Shown here: positions 32,300 through 46,300 of the stretch, piece after piece
Layout of the letters: each line of letters begins with the position of its first letter
How positions within the stretch are numbered: the stretch's first letter is position 1
Origin: Macrostomum lignano
Taxonomy: Eukaryota
NCBI GenBank assembly: GCA_002269645.1
Contig: NIVC01000991.1
Coordinates: forward strand, 310,001 to 374,000
Length of the DNA: 64,000 bases
Direction of reading: 5' to 3'
Translations under genes and position numbers: made by a program
The notes under the pieces: model-generated
Database searches by the model: none
Told to the model about the DNA's origin: nothing
What the model saw: the letters and a program-made list of their open reading frames with translations, nothing else

Positions 32300-33545
32300 C
32301 ATGGCTGAGCCGGGGCTCCACTCTCAGGACCTCGGAGCTGGCAGGAGCCTCCTGTACACGTCGGCAGACGACCGCGGCCAAGGCGGTGTCGGCATGCTGA
32401 TCGGACTGCGCCTTCGGCAGAGCGTGCACTGCGCTTCGCTGTCCCCGCGACTGATACGAGTCCACCTGCGCCTGCGCGCCCGCTGCATCCGTCTGTTCTG
32501 CGCGTATACACCCACCGCTGCTCACCCTGAGGAGCTCGCGCCTTCTTCGACTTCCTGGCTGGGCAGCTGGAAGAGGTGCCAAACTGCGACACGCTGGCGG
32601 TGCTCGGAGACCTGAACACAGTACCGCGGAGGTCCGAACGCTCGACCTTTGTCGCGGGACGCGATAATGCCAACACCGATGCGCTCGGTACGTGTGCTCG
32701 GTGCGCTCGAATCTGCTTGACCGGCTGGATCTGGTGTCCGCGAACACCCAGTTCCGCAAGCCCCCTGCCCGCCTGGTTACTTTTGCGGGCTGCAAGAGAA
32801 GGCGACGGAACTCACGCGCGGGCGGAACGCCACAAGGAAACTGGCGCAACTCGATCATGCGCTGGTTCGCACTCGCGAGCGCCGTCGCGTCACCAACTGC
32901 GACACCATGGCTCCGCTGGCTCTCCGGTTAGACCACCGACTCCTGCTCTGCGCGACTTGCGGCTCCGCGACCAGCTCTACCGACGGCCAAAGCAACAGCC
33001 ACGGCGCTACTATCGCGCTCTGTTGGACACCCGCGTGAAGCGTCAATTCGCGGGCGCCTTCGTCGGCGCGCTTGCAGACCAGCTCGAGGCGGGGTATTCC
33101 ATCGTATGCACCGCCGTTAGAGCCGCTGCAGAGCAGTCGGTCCCGCTGATGCGGCCAGCGCAGAAATCGCTGCCCGTCTGGCAGAGCAACCCGACCATCT
33201 GGCAGGCGCGGTTCAACATCGAGTGACTCCGCAGAAACCGGCGGGCCACGGGCGACGCTGAAGACGCGTTTGAGCGCCTTCTAGATGAGTGGCAGCAGGC
33301 CGCTGTCGACGACACCGTCCGGTCCATCACTGCAAGCGGCCCCGACGTGAAGAGCCGTGCAGTGTGGACGGCCGTCAGGACTCTGACGGTGCGCAAAAAG
33401 CGCGTGGCGCTGAATCTGGCCGGCGACACGCCCGAGGAGCGCAGGAATGAATTGCGCGACTTCTTCGCCGGCATCGTGAACGCACCCACGTTGCCGCTGC
33501 CTGCAGATCCTCTGCCTGCCAGCCTGCCGCTGCCTGCGCCTGGGC
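32300..33545 (+). pseudogene. Decayed non-LTR retrotransposon ORF2 fragment (AP-endonuclease and linker, no RT)
   Basis: Joined across frameshifts and stops: GQGGVGMLIG, RLFCAYTPT, LAVLGDLN, LDLVSANTQFRKP..LVTF, DHRLL, then a helical linker (VWTAVRTLT, ELRDFFAGI). GC-rich island in AT-rich flanks. Confidence 0.85.
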
Positions 33546-34381
33546 GGCCTTCGGTTCGATCCGCTGCGTGCATGACCTGTCAATCGGAAAAAAAGTACGG
33601 CGCATTTCATTGAACCCGGTAGATGACACTGTAAGAATGAGACCGTTACATGTTTTACAACACCGATCGAGCCTTTGCTAAAAACTTGCTCGAACAAGCA
33701 GTAGCTTGGTTGACGTGGCACAGACTGCTGACCTTGTTTGTCTTCAATGTAAATGATGACTGATTTTCAACTAAGGCCCTGCCTCTGCGCAGGCCATCAT
33801 ATGCATTACCCATCACTTATACGAATGTATACACGCGGCGAGGGACCACTAAAAAGTGTGACGGCTTTGTTACGTTAATAAGTAGAAAAACAAATACAAC
33901 AGTATTTAGTGAAATTTAAGACCTTAAAGATAGGATTTTCTGTTTTTTTGTAGCTTAAACGCTAAAAAATGTATATTTTACTAATAATTAATTTTTTAAA
34001 GCATGTTTGATCTCTCTTTTCTGTGAATATATAGATGGAACAAGTTCAAAATGAAATGATGTGACTTAATTATTTGCTTAAATTTATTAATTTAATAAGA
34101 AATCTTGACGAAGCGTAAGAGATTCAGTGACCTTAAAATCCTTATAGTTTTTATATTAGGCTGTTTCATTCGTAGATCTTTTTTACTCAAATAAATCTTT
34201 CCCTAGTACCAGACTGTGCGAAATACAAAGCTGAACAAAAACAGCAGTTTAAAGAATATACTCTAGTTTTAATCAAGCTTCCTTATGTTGTCTAAGCTAG
34301 CTCACCTAATGTCTTATAAGATTGAGGATTAAATAGAACTCCTTGCTTAAAAGACTCATCGATACATTATCGTTAGCCTAA

Positions 34382-37300
34382 ATGTTTCAGCGGCTGAAAC
34401 AGAAAATTGAAGAATCGAATACAGTAAAAAAGGTTGGTAATATTATTACAACAAGATTGGACTCTAATAATTATGATGATTTATTTATATTGCCTAATAA
34501 ATGAATTGGCTCAGCTAAAATTTAGTCACATGATGCTGGAGTTAAAAAGGGTTGGAGGAAAGTAGGCCTGTATTTTGATAAAAAATTTCTTGGGATAGGG
34601 CCTAGTTCTTATACCATGGAAGGAATTAGGTCTACTGTCTCTAGGCATTACAAATTTTTGTGGTCTTCTCTATTCTCAAAAGCTGGCTGTTGGCTGCCAT
34701 TCCCTTTCCATATCTTTTAAATTTTGCTCTTGTTGCATATAATACAATAGTATATAATTGGCTATTAGGCTATGTTATAAACATAGGCATAAGTCTACAT
34801 TTTTGACATAGGTGATAGGTCTAAATAAGAAATTATTAAGAAGTATCTAATGTGTAGTCTATCTTAATTTTATTTATTTATTATATTTTAAATAATAAGC
34901 ATATTGATAAGAGTTTACTATTCTATCATATACAATTTTTTTTAAATAAAATGTCTTGCAATCAAATAGGCTATTTTTACTTTTTTATAATTGTAGGGCC
35001 TAGTCAGATTTTTTGTATAATATTAAGGCCCTAGTCAATTATAAATAAATATATATAAAAAGAAAAGATAATCAAAAGCCTCAAATACTATAGCCTAGGC
35101 TACAGGTTAAAATGGCAATAGATCAAAAAGGTAATAATCAAAAAGGTGACAGTCAAAAGGAAGATAGTCAACCATAATATATTTATTGGAATTACAAATT
35201 CAAATGCTTTAAATTTGTATTTTCCAAAATGTACAAAACAACATGATTAGTTAAAATTAGACTTGTATTAGTATTCTAATAGTAAATGTGCATTAATACA
35301 TAGCTTAGTGGGGGTCCATTTTTTACTCATTACTTATAGTAGACCATTTACTCAGTGGTTGCTATGTCTGAATTTTTTCCCAGTATTTAAAGTATTGGGC
35401 TGGTTTACTATATATAGCATATTACTTCATACGAAAAGATCCCTATTGGAAAAAGTGACACTAGGCCTATAGATGGCTATCTAGTATGTTTCTAAAAGAG
35501 CTAATGCATTTGATGTATAGTGTTGCACCTTTCCAATATAGCATGATACACCTAAAGGGCTAAGAATTGGTGCACTAGAGGGGCTAAAGGGTGGCATGCT
35601 AGAGGGGTAGTGCACCAGAAGGGTAGCACATGCTTAAAAGGTGGTACACAGAAGTGACAATGTGTTAAAGGGTAGAGCACTGGATTCATAGTCAGAAAGA
35701 TGCATATATCCTAAAACCAGAAATTTTGCAAAGCCAGATATCAGAGTTTTCTAGTTTAGATGTAGACACAATTCTATAATATTTATTTTTTTCTACTTAT
35801 TATACTAATATTTAGTGATAAAAAGTATAGATTAGTTATCTATTGACATAGAATATAGTTATTAGTTGAAGACTTATTGTTAAATATATTGCAATCATAT
35901 GCTTCTAGCTAAAACTATTGAATCTACTAGCAATCTAGTATCCCCCTTTGGGATGCCCAATAAGCAAAGAGTAAAAATTCTTGCAAATCTATTAATAAAA
36001 CACATTTTCTTAAGAACCAATTCCTTCAGTTTTATAAATCATCTTAATTCAAGTAAAATTGTCATAGTCAAAGATATTTGGTATGAAATCTATTTATCCC
36101 ATTTATTAGTACTTCATTTCAAGTAGATGGATCCATTAGAAAAAATGATAATCAGTAAAGAACAGGTGTTAAAATGGCAAGAAAGTTAAACTACTAATAC
36201 AATACTCAAAGTGAAATTGGATTTTTTGCCACTGAGCTAAAGTACCATTTAATGCCATTTTACAAAGACTGGTTGATTTATAAATTAGATAACCTAAATA
36301 TAGTTATTTAAAAGCCAAAGATTTTTTATGGTAGCTAATTATAGCAAAAAGTTTTAGTATATAGGATTACAGAATATTTTTAGAAAGTTTAATAATAAAA
36401 AGAATTTATTAATGAATCTACTTATGGTATAATCCATAGGAAAAATATTGTAAATAAATAAAATATTTAAAATATTTTCTGTGATCTATTGGTACTAAAT
36501 ATTCGGTTTTATATTAACCTTTACATAGCAGTCTAGTCTAAAATAATGCACATTACTGCTAGTTTGCTATGTACAATATTTTTATTTTAAAAAAAAGAAT
36601 TCTATCAACAAATGCACACAGGCAACAGATTCTCTGGGCCGTCTGACGCCAAACCCAGCCGCGACAGGGGGCGAAACTGATAATGGCGCAGCAGCCAATC
36701 AGGAAGCGCCGCTGGCCTCAGCCTCCGGCCGACCAATCAGATCGCGCCAATCGTCCGGCAGCTCAATAGCTAGCGATGCTTCATTTTTTCAGCGGCTGCT
36801 TCCGCTGCATCAAAATCGCCCCACACGCCGCTGCCATCGTTGCCACCGGCGCCTTCAGATCTGGAATCCGAAGCCTCGGTTGCTGGCGTTGAGGTTATGA
36901 CGAAACAGGAATTGTTTCAGAAATTCCTTCACGTTCAATCGTTAGCTAAACGGTACAAGAGTAAGTTCTATGAATTGATGGAGGCGCACAGGAGTCTGGA
37001 TACGGAGAAGGAGAAGCTGAAGAAAGCTTTGACTACTAATCAGGTAAGATTTGGGTTTTTGCTAACTAATCAAGAGCTTCCATAAAAATCTATTAGACAT
37101 TGTCCCAAAAAAACGTGTTTATAATGTAATTTTTTCAATACATTTCCAGGACAAGTCCCTTAGAAGAATCAGCGAACTCAAAGAGCAAATCGAGTTGGAC
37201 CAATTGGCTAAACGAGATTTAGAACAGAACTATAGTTTAATGCTAGAGGAGAAAGATGAACTTAATAAAGTGCTCAAAATACAGGTGAGTTTGAAACTAT

Positions 37301-40300
37301 CCTCTGTTGGTTTATCCGTTAAAATTGAGGCAGGGAGAGAAATAGGGTCAGGTCCGAAACTGCACGCCAGCCAATCAGAGGCCGTCATCAAAGTGAGGGT
37401 AGGGTAGGGAGAGAAAGGAAAGAGTCGTCAAGTTCAGAAACTGCACGCCAGCCAATCAGAGGCTGACATCGAATTGGGGTAGGGTAGGGAGAGAAAAGAA
37501 TCGTCCAGTTCAGAAACTGCATGCCAGCCAATCAGAGGCCGCCATCAAATTGGGGGTAGGGTAGGGAGAGAAAAGCTAGAACTTTGAAGCCCTCGACTTC
37601 CAGTCAATAAGCTCAGCTGTCTGGAACGCGGTGACAAGCATTGTGTATGTATAATAAGGTTGTTTAATTAAAAATCACAACATGAAAGGTTCAAATTTTA
37701 ATGATAAAAATGAAAAAAATACCACCGTTAGCTGGAGGACTGCAATCTGATGATGGCTGAGGTATTAAAATTTTTTATATTGTTATCACAAGTCAATCAT
37801 ACCCTCATTGGTAATAATAGCTACAGACTATTATTATTATTTGCTAATAAATCATAAGCAAATAGGGAAAAGTGAAAGTTTTGCTAATTTATAGTTATTT
37901 TTACTTTATTAGCCTTAGTATTTACAGATGTAATTGAGCTATTCAACCCAAAACGCACTGCCTGTTAATTTTATATACTATTTATTTGTAACAGGTTGCA
38001 CCGCATACTATAGAAATTGGATACAGGTTGATAATATTTCATGGTATTTTAAACTATAGTTAATCTTTATTAATTATATTTACGCTTAATTCTTTAACCT
38101 CGTGGTGATAAAACCTCGGTCAGGTGAGCCTTCTAAAAGAGGGCAAAGACCTTCCACCGGAACTGGAAGCCAAGATCAAGGATGGTCACGAGAAGGAGGC
38201 GTCTGAGAAGCGAAAAATGGAAGAAAATTTGAAAGCGGCTCAAGAGAAGGTGAGACTTAAGCAAAACAATAGTTGTTAGTTTTTATTGTTTATTAACTAA
38301 TAATGACATTAATTTTCAATGCAGAATGTGCGATTGGAACAACTGCTAACCAAGTGTCGCGACAGTATTCAAAGTCACAAAGACAAACTGGCAGAGATAC
38401 AGGCCGATAAGGAGGCGCTGCGAGCTGAAGCTGAAGCTAAAGTGCAAGCAAGTAAAGCTGAAATCGTAAGTGTAGGATGATATAGTTGGATATAGTTTGC
38501 TATGTACATGTAAAGTCTTCGCCTAGGTAAAATCCATGATAAAGTTCAAACTTAGATCAAGGCCAGGTAAAATCCCCATTTGGATCTAGGCCAGGTAAAA
38601 TCCCAATCTAGATCTAGGTCAGGTAAAATCCCAATCTAGATCTAGGCCAGGTAAAATCCCAATCTAGATCTAGGCCAGGTAAAATCCCAATCTAAATCTA
38701 GGCCAGGTAAAATTCCAATCTAGATATAGGCCAGGTAAAATCCCCAATCTATATCTAGGCCAGGTAAAATCCCCAATCTAGATCTAAGCCAGGTAAAATC
38801 CCAATCTAGATCTAGACCAGGTAAAATCCCAATCTAGATCTAGGCCAGGTAAAATCCCAATCTAGATCTAGGCCAGGTAAAATTCCAATCTAGATATAAG
38901 CCAGGTAAAATCCCCATCTAGATCTAGGCCAGGTAAAATCCCAATCTACATTGGATCCAAATTGGTCTATTTCCGCCTCCCATTGTCAGGAGAAGCTGAC
39001 AGCCAGACTAGCAGAGACCCGTCAGAAAGCGAAACAGGCCACGGACGAGGCAACCCGTCAGCTAGCCGAGTCCAAAGCAACTCTGCACGCTTCACTTCAA
39101 GAGAAAGAGGAACTGATTGACAGCCTACGGCAGCAGTTGCAAACCGCCCTGGGCAAAGCTGAATCGAGTTCGGCCGACTGTCGCGAGCTGAGCGACCAGT
39201 TGCGCCAATTGCAAATGCATATAGCCGGCAAAGAGGATGAATTTCAATTAGCTATTGAGGAGCGGGATATGGCTAAGAATGCGGCTGCTTTTGAGGGCGA
39301 GAAGCGCCGGGAGGAGCTGCAGGCTCGCGTGGCGGCCTTGGAGTCGGCTGAGAAGCAGTACAGAAGCGCGCTGGAGTCGGAGCGGGTCAAGAGCGAACAT
39401 TTGGCAGCGGAGCTGGCTGATAGGCGAGCCGCTACTGAGGCTCAGATGGAGAAAGAGAAATCTCAGGTGAGAAGGGTATTGTTGTGCGCTGAGGATTTAA
39501 TGCGAGTGGTGCGAGAGAAAGAAGTGAAGTGGGAGAGATAGATAATGTGTAAGAGAGGTAGATTAGGAAAGAAAGTAGAGTAGGGGAATAGAGAGCAGTA
39601 GAGTAGGGGAATAGAGAGCAGTAGAGTAGCGAAGAGAAGTAGATTAGGGAGAGAATTAGATTAGGAGAGAAATAGAGTAGGGAGAGAATTAGAGTGGGGG
39701 GAGAAGTAGAGTGGGGAGAGAAGTAGAGTGGGGAGAGAAGTAGAGTGGGGAGAGAAGTAGAGTGGGGAGAGAAGTAGAGTGGGGAGAGAAGTAGAGTGGG
39801 GAGAGAAGTAGAGTGGGGAGAGAATTAGAGTGGGGAGAGAAGTAGAGTGGGGGAGAAGTAGAGTGGGAGAGAAGTAGAGTGGGGAGAGAAGTAGAGTGGG
39901 GAGAGAAGTAGAGTGGGGAGAGAAGTAGAGTGGGGAGAGAAGTAGAGTGGGGAGAGAAGAAGAGTGGGGAGAGAAGAAGAGTGGGGAGAGAAGAAGAGTG
40001 GGGAGAGAAGTAGAGTGGGGGAGAGAAGTAGAGTGGGGAGAGAAGTAGAGTGGGGAGAGAAGTAGAGTGGGGAGAGAAGTAGAGTGGGGAGAGAAGTAGA
40101 GTGGGGAGAGAAGTAGAGTGGGGAGAGAATTAGAGTGGGGAGAGAAGTAGAGTGGGGAGAGAAGTAGAGTGGGGGAGAAGTAGAGTGGGGGAGAAGTAGA
40201 GTGGGGAGAGAAGTATACGCTCGTATAAGGGGCCAGAAGTAGAGTATGGAGACAAAAGTGGCGAGAGAAGTAGAGTGAGGAAAGAAGTAGTTTGCGAGGT

Positions 40301-43300
40301 GAGTGGAGAAGTAGATTTGTGATACGTTATAAAAAAGGTAATTCGTTTTTAGGGTTTCTAAATTCCTTATATAACAGATATGCTGTTATTGCTTATAATA
40401 TAATATCCCCTTCTCCATCCCCAGGCGGTAGCGGAGCTGGAGTCCCGTCTCGCTCAGTCAGCCGAACAGCAGGCCTCCGTGCTGTCGGAGCTCCGGGCGG
40501 AATTCGCACAGGAGCAAGCCAGACTGCGCGACAGCCTAACGGAGCAGGCTGAAGTGGAAAAAGCAGAGCTAACAGCCGAATTAGAGAAAGGTTTTGCCGG
40601 TCAATTCGAATCAGAGAAACGGCGATTCCAATCCGCATTGGCTGAGAAAGAGGAGCAGATTGACTACTTGAAGGATTTGTCTTCGGGATTGGAAACGCAG
40701 GTGAGTTGAATAGGTTGTAAACATTGCTTTGTTATATTTACTACGATACATATCGGCACTATTACTAGAAGTTTCAATTTTATCAATACGTAGTTTACTT
40801 TATTAAATTTCTTACGATACATATCGGTTGACAATGGATGAAAATCGATTGTATATATTTCGATACATATCGGCTGGCTGATCAGCAAATTATTGTTAGG
40901 TTTTATGGTACAAATCGGCACCATTATGGACAAGCTATTTACTATTGTTATCGATACATATCGGCTTGTTAATTTCACGTATTTAGGTAGGGAAAGAATT
41001 GATGCCTTAATTATTACTATTTCGATACATATCGCTGTCAAGGTTCGAAACTACGCTGCTAGCGCCGACGAACAAGGCCGCCTGATGGAGAGTCTGCGCG
41101 CCCAGCATCAGGACCAGCTGGCCGCTGCAAACGAACGTCTCGAGCAAGAGTGCACTCGCACTAAACAGTTGGAACAGAGCGCCGTTGAATTGGCCACAGC
41201 CAGAGAATCTCTCCAACGAATGCTTGACGAATCCGCTACTGAAAGCGACCGATTAAGCAAAGCCTGCGCCCAGCTAACTGAGAAACTGTCCGAGGAACGG
41301 GGCATCAAGCAGCGCGTCACTGAACAGCTAGCCGATAGCGAGCGCCGGCGTACCGAATTCGAGTATCAATTGGAACGATTGCGCGACGATTATAATCTGG
41401 TTTGCCGCGAGTTGGACGGCTCCAGAACTGCCGCTGAGACGGCCGAGACGGCGCGACGAACCGCCGAGGATGAGGTATGCTATAGGTGTTTTTTTCTAAT
41501 GATTTTCAACAAATTTCGGTTATAATATCCCTTTTTGCTGCTATTTACTTTGTTAAAAAGTAGTATTTTGGAAAAAAAGCTCTTAAATTTAGCTTTAAGA
41601 AGACTTTAATTATAGTAAAATCTACAAATTTAACGATGTAGCTTTCATATTTTTATATTAATGCAGTAAACAAAGTGGTATGATTTTATTTTTGTCTATC
41701 TGGAAGATATCAAGACAAATATAGTTATTATCGATACATATTGGACACATTTAGGATACTATTTAGGCCTTGATTTGGGGCTGGAATTAAAACTTTGAGA
41801 TAAACAGTAGTAGTAGGTTAGGGTCAAGTATAGTATTTTTTATTAAAAATACATAATTAAAATAATGTTTCGATACATATCGGCAATTTTTTTCGAAACA
41901 GGCCGACAAGCGAGCAGAAGAAGCGGAACAGGCGAACCGTAGAGTGACCGACTTACAATCGGAAGTTGCTTCGCTAACTGATCGATTATCGGAGACTGCA
42001 AATCGACTGTCTTCAGCTACGTCAGATCGAGACCGACTGTCGGAAGAGTTAAGCAGTGTCCAGTCTCAGCTGACTTGGACTCAGCACAGATTAGAGGAGC
42101 AGCAGGATCGTGTCGCCGCTTTAACCGAGGAAGCCAAAGCTGCCGAATTGAGAATCGCCGCAGGTCAGCAAGAGGCTACCGAGTTGAAAGCTAGGATTGG
42201 CCATTTAATTGGCAGCTCGGAGGATAATGAGCAAAGTGCAAGAAAGCAGATGGATAGTCTGAGGGCGGAGTTGGATACCAGGTTTGTATATGGCATTTTC
42301 TAAGGTGAACATTTAGTATGCCGTTTATTTGAAGCTCGATAAGTTAGAATATCCCATTGTCGATAATCCTGCGTCAAGATCCCATAGTTAAATAATCCCC
42401 ATTATCGATAATCCAGCATCAAGATCCCAAAGTTAAACAATCCCTATTATAGATAATCTAGCATCAAGATCCCAAAGTTAAACAATCCCTATTATCGATA
42501 ATCTAGCATCAAGATCCCAAAGTTAAATAATCCCCATTATCGTTAATCCAGCATCAAGATCCCATAGTTAAATAATCCCCATTATCGATAATCCAGCATC
42601 AAGATCCCAAAGTTCCCCAACTCGCCACCCGTCCAGAACGCACGAGCTGCAGCGCGCCCGGCAGGAAGCGCAATCGCAAGTTGAAGCCGCAGAATCTTTG
42701 CGCTCCCAGGAGGCCGAAGCTGCGGAAGCGCGTGAACGCGAACTGAGCGAATCAGCGCGACAATTGCGAGCCAATCTGTCCAACGTCGAGTCGGAGCTGC
42801 GTCAAAGAGAAGCCGATCTCAACGAGTCTGAGTCCCGAGCTGCTCAGTTCGAGTCGGCTCTCGCCGATGCCGAAGCCGCCAGGCTGCGCGCCGTTGCCGA
42901 ACGCGACGCTTTGGAGGCCGACGCAGCCCGCGCCAACGCTGCAGCCGAAGCTGCCGCCGCCGAATCGGCGGAATTGCGCGCCGAGATGACGCGCCAAAAT
43001 GAGCACCTAGCCGGGGTGCGCGAGGCCGGTGAAAGTCGGGCAGCCGATTTAGAGGCTACGTTTGGCAAATTGAGACTTGAAATGGAGACTAAGTCTGCCG
43101 AGGCTGAAGAATGGAAGACCAAGTGTCAGGAGATGGAGAACTCAATCCAGACTCACGAATCTGAATCCAGTCAGTTGAAATCAGAATTGGAAGAATGGAA
43201 GACCAAGTGTCAGGAGATGGAGAACTCAATCCAGACTCACGAATCTGAATCTGGTCAGTTGAAATCAGAACTGGAAGAATGGAAGACCAAGTGTCAGGAG

Positions 43301-46300
43301 ATGGATAACTCAATCCAGACTCACGAATCTGAATCCGGTCAGTTGAAATCAGAACTGGAAGAATGGAAGACCAAGTGTCAGGAGATGGAGAACTCGATCC
43401 AGACTCACGAATCTGAATCCGGTCAGTTGAAATCAGAACTGGAAGAATGGAAGACCAAGTGTCAGGAGATGGAGAACTCGATCCAGACTCACGAATCTGA
43501 ATCCAGTCAGTTGAAATCAGAATTGGAAGAATGGAAGACCAAGTGTCAGGAGATGGAGAACTCAATCCAGACTCACGAATCTGAATCCGGTCAGTTGAAA
43601 TCAGAATTGGAAGAATGGAAGACCAAGTGTCAGGAGATGGAGAACTCAATCCAGACTCACGAATCTGAATCCGGTCAGTTGAAATCAGAACTGGAAGAAT
43701 GGAAGACCAAGTGTCAGGAGCTGGATAACTCGATCCAGACTCACGAATCTGAATCCGGTCAGTTGAAATCAGAACTGGAAGAATGGAAGACCAAGTGTCA
43801 GGAGATGGAGAACTCGATCCAGACTCACGAATCTGAATCCAGTCAGTTGAAATCAGAATTGGAAGAATGGAAGACCAAGTGTCAGGAGATGGAGAACTCA
43901 ATCCAGACTCTCGAAGCTCAGTGTAATCAGTTGACATCAGAGGTTGAAGAGTGGAAGAGCAAGTGTCAGGAGATGCAAGCTGAGCTAAACAGTAGTTTGC
44001 AGGGAGCTGATGCTCAACTCACTCACCTCAGAGAATCAGTTGAAACGAAGACGGCCGAACTGGAAGAATGGAAGTCAAAGTATCAAGGTATTGAGCAAAT
44101 TGTACAATCCGGCGAGTCTCAGCTGTCTTCCTTACGGTCAGAATTTGAGACCAAGAATACAGAGGCTGAAGAATGGAAGACCAAGTGTCAGGAGATGGAG
44201 AACTCGATCCAGACTCACGAATCTGAATCCGGTCAGTTGAAATCAGAACTGGAAGAATGGAAGACCAAGTGTCAGGAGATGGAGAACTCGATCCAGACTC
44301 ACGAATCTGAATCCAGTCAGTTGAAATCAGAATTGGAAGAATGGAAGACCAAGTGTCAGGAGATGGAGAACTCAATCCAGACTCTCGAAGCTCAGTGTAA
44401 TCAGTTGACATCAGAGGTTGAAGAGTGGAAGAGCAAGTGTCAGGAGATGCAAGCTGAGCTAAACAGTAGTTTGCAGGGAGCTGATGCTCAACTCACTCAC
44501 CTCAGAGAATCAGTTGAAACGAAGACGGCCGAACTGGAAGAATGGAAGTCAAAGTATCAAGGTATTGAGCAAATTGTACAATCCGGCGAGTCTCAGCTGT
44601 CTTCCTTACGGTCAGAATTTGAGACCAAGAATACAGAGGCTGAAGAATGGAAGACCAAGTGTCAGGAGATGGAGAACTCGATCCAGACTCACGAATCTGA
44701 ATCCGGTCAGTTGAAATCAGAACTGGAAGAATGGAAGACCAAGTGTCAGGAGATGGATAACTCAATCCAGACTCACGAATCTGAATCCGGTCAGTTGAAA
44801 TCAGAACTGGAAGAATGGAAGACCAAGTGTCAGGAGATGGAGAACTCGATCCAGACTCACGAATCTGAATCCGGTCAGTTGAAATCAGAACTGGAAGAAT
44901 GGAAGACCAAGTGTCAGGAGATGGAGAACTCGATCCAGACTCACGAATCTGAATCCAGTCAGTTGAAATCAGAATTGGAAGAATGGAAGACCAAGTGTCA
45001 GGAGATGGAGAACTCAATCCAGACTCTCGAAGCTCAGTGTAATCAGTTGACATCAGAGGTTGAAGAGTGGAAGAGCAAGTGTCAGGAGATGCAAGCTGAG
45101 CTAAACAGTAGTTTGCAGGGAGCTGATGCTCAACTCACTCACCTCAGAGAATCAGTTGAAACGAAGACGGCCGAACTGGAAGAATGGAAGTCAAAGTATC
45201 AAGGTATTGAGCAAATTGTACAATCCGGCGAGTCTCAGCTGTCTTCCTTACGGTCAGAATTTGAGACTAAGAATACAGAGGCTGAAGAATGGAAGTCCAA
45301 GTGCTCAGATTTGAACGACCAAGTGACTAATTTAAACTCGGAACTCAAAGCAAAAACCGATGAGTCCGAAGAATTGCAGTCACAGTTGTCGCAACTAAAG
45401 TCATTGGTTGAATCCAAAAGCACCGAGGTTGAAGATCTGACAGCCAAATGCCAAATTGCCCAGTCTGAATTGGACAGCGTCAACCAAACTCACATGGAGC
45501 AATTAACTCAGATAAGAAACGAGTTAGAGACAAAAACTAGCGAAGCAAAAAGCTGGGAGTCCAAGTTTCATGAGGCTCAATCGCAGTTGGAGAGAAGCCT
45601 TCAAGGAGCCGACGTTCAGCTAAATGAATTGAGATTGGAGCTCGAAGCTAAAACAGCAACAGCTGAGAACTTCGAAGCAAAGTGCTCGGAGCTTCAAACT
45701 GAGGTAGAAAGCTGGCGTACAAAATTCCATGGAGCAGATGCGGAACTAACTCAACTCAGATCAGAGGTTGAAGACAAGACAACTAAAGTTGAAGACTGGA
45801 AGAACAAGTGTCGCGAGTTTCAAGCAAAATTAAAAGCAACAATTCAAGCGCACAAAAAGCTGACCTCTGAATTAAACGAGTCCCAATCGAAGGTAGCTCA
45901 ACTTGAAGAGTGCAAGATAAAAAATCAGGAGGCACAAAACGAGTTGGAAGCTAAGTTGCAAGCCTCAGAATCACAGCTAGCAAATCTACAAACTGACTTT
46001 GATGAAAAGACAACTGCTATGGATACAAAATTTGCTGAATTGCGTTCCGAGGTTGAAGCGAAAAATTCTCAGGTAGAAGAATTGACAACGAAATGCCAAG
46101 AGATTCAATCCGAACTCAATAAATGCATTGAATCGCACGAAGCTCAAGTGTCTCAGATCAAAGCTGAATTCGATGCAAAGGTGTCCGAAGTTGATAGCCT
46201 GAAGAGCCGGTGTCAAGAGCTGCAAGTCGAGCTGGACGGAGGCCAGCAGACGGCCGATGCTCAGCTGACCCTTGTCCGGTCCGAGCTGGAAGCGAAAAAT

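Noticed and set aside
32300-33545. Active or domesticated retrotransposon gene
   Set aside because: Multiple frameshifts and a stop; no reverse transcriptase domain follows.
37740-37775. Hammerhead ribozyme at CTGATGA
   Set aside because: No stem II followed by GAAA and no matching cleavage-site helix.
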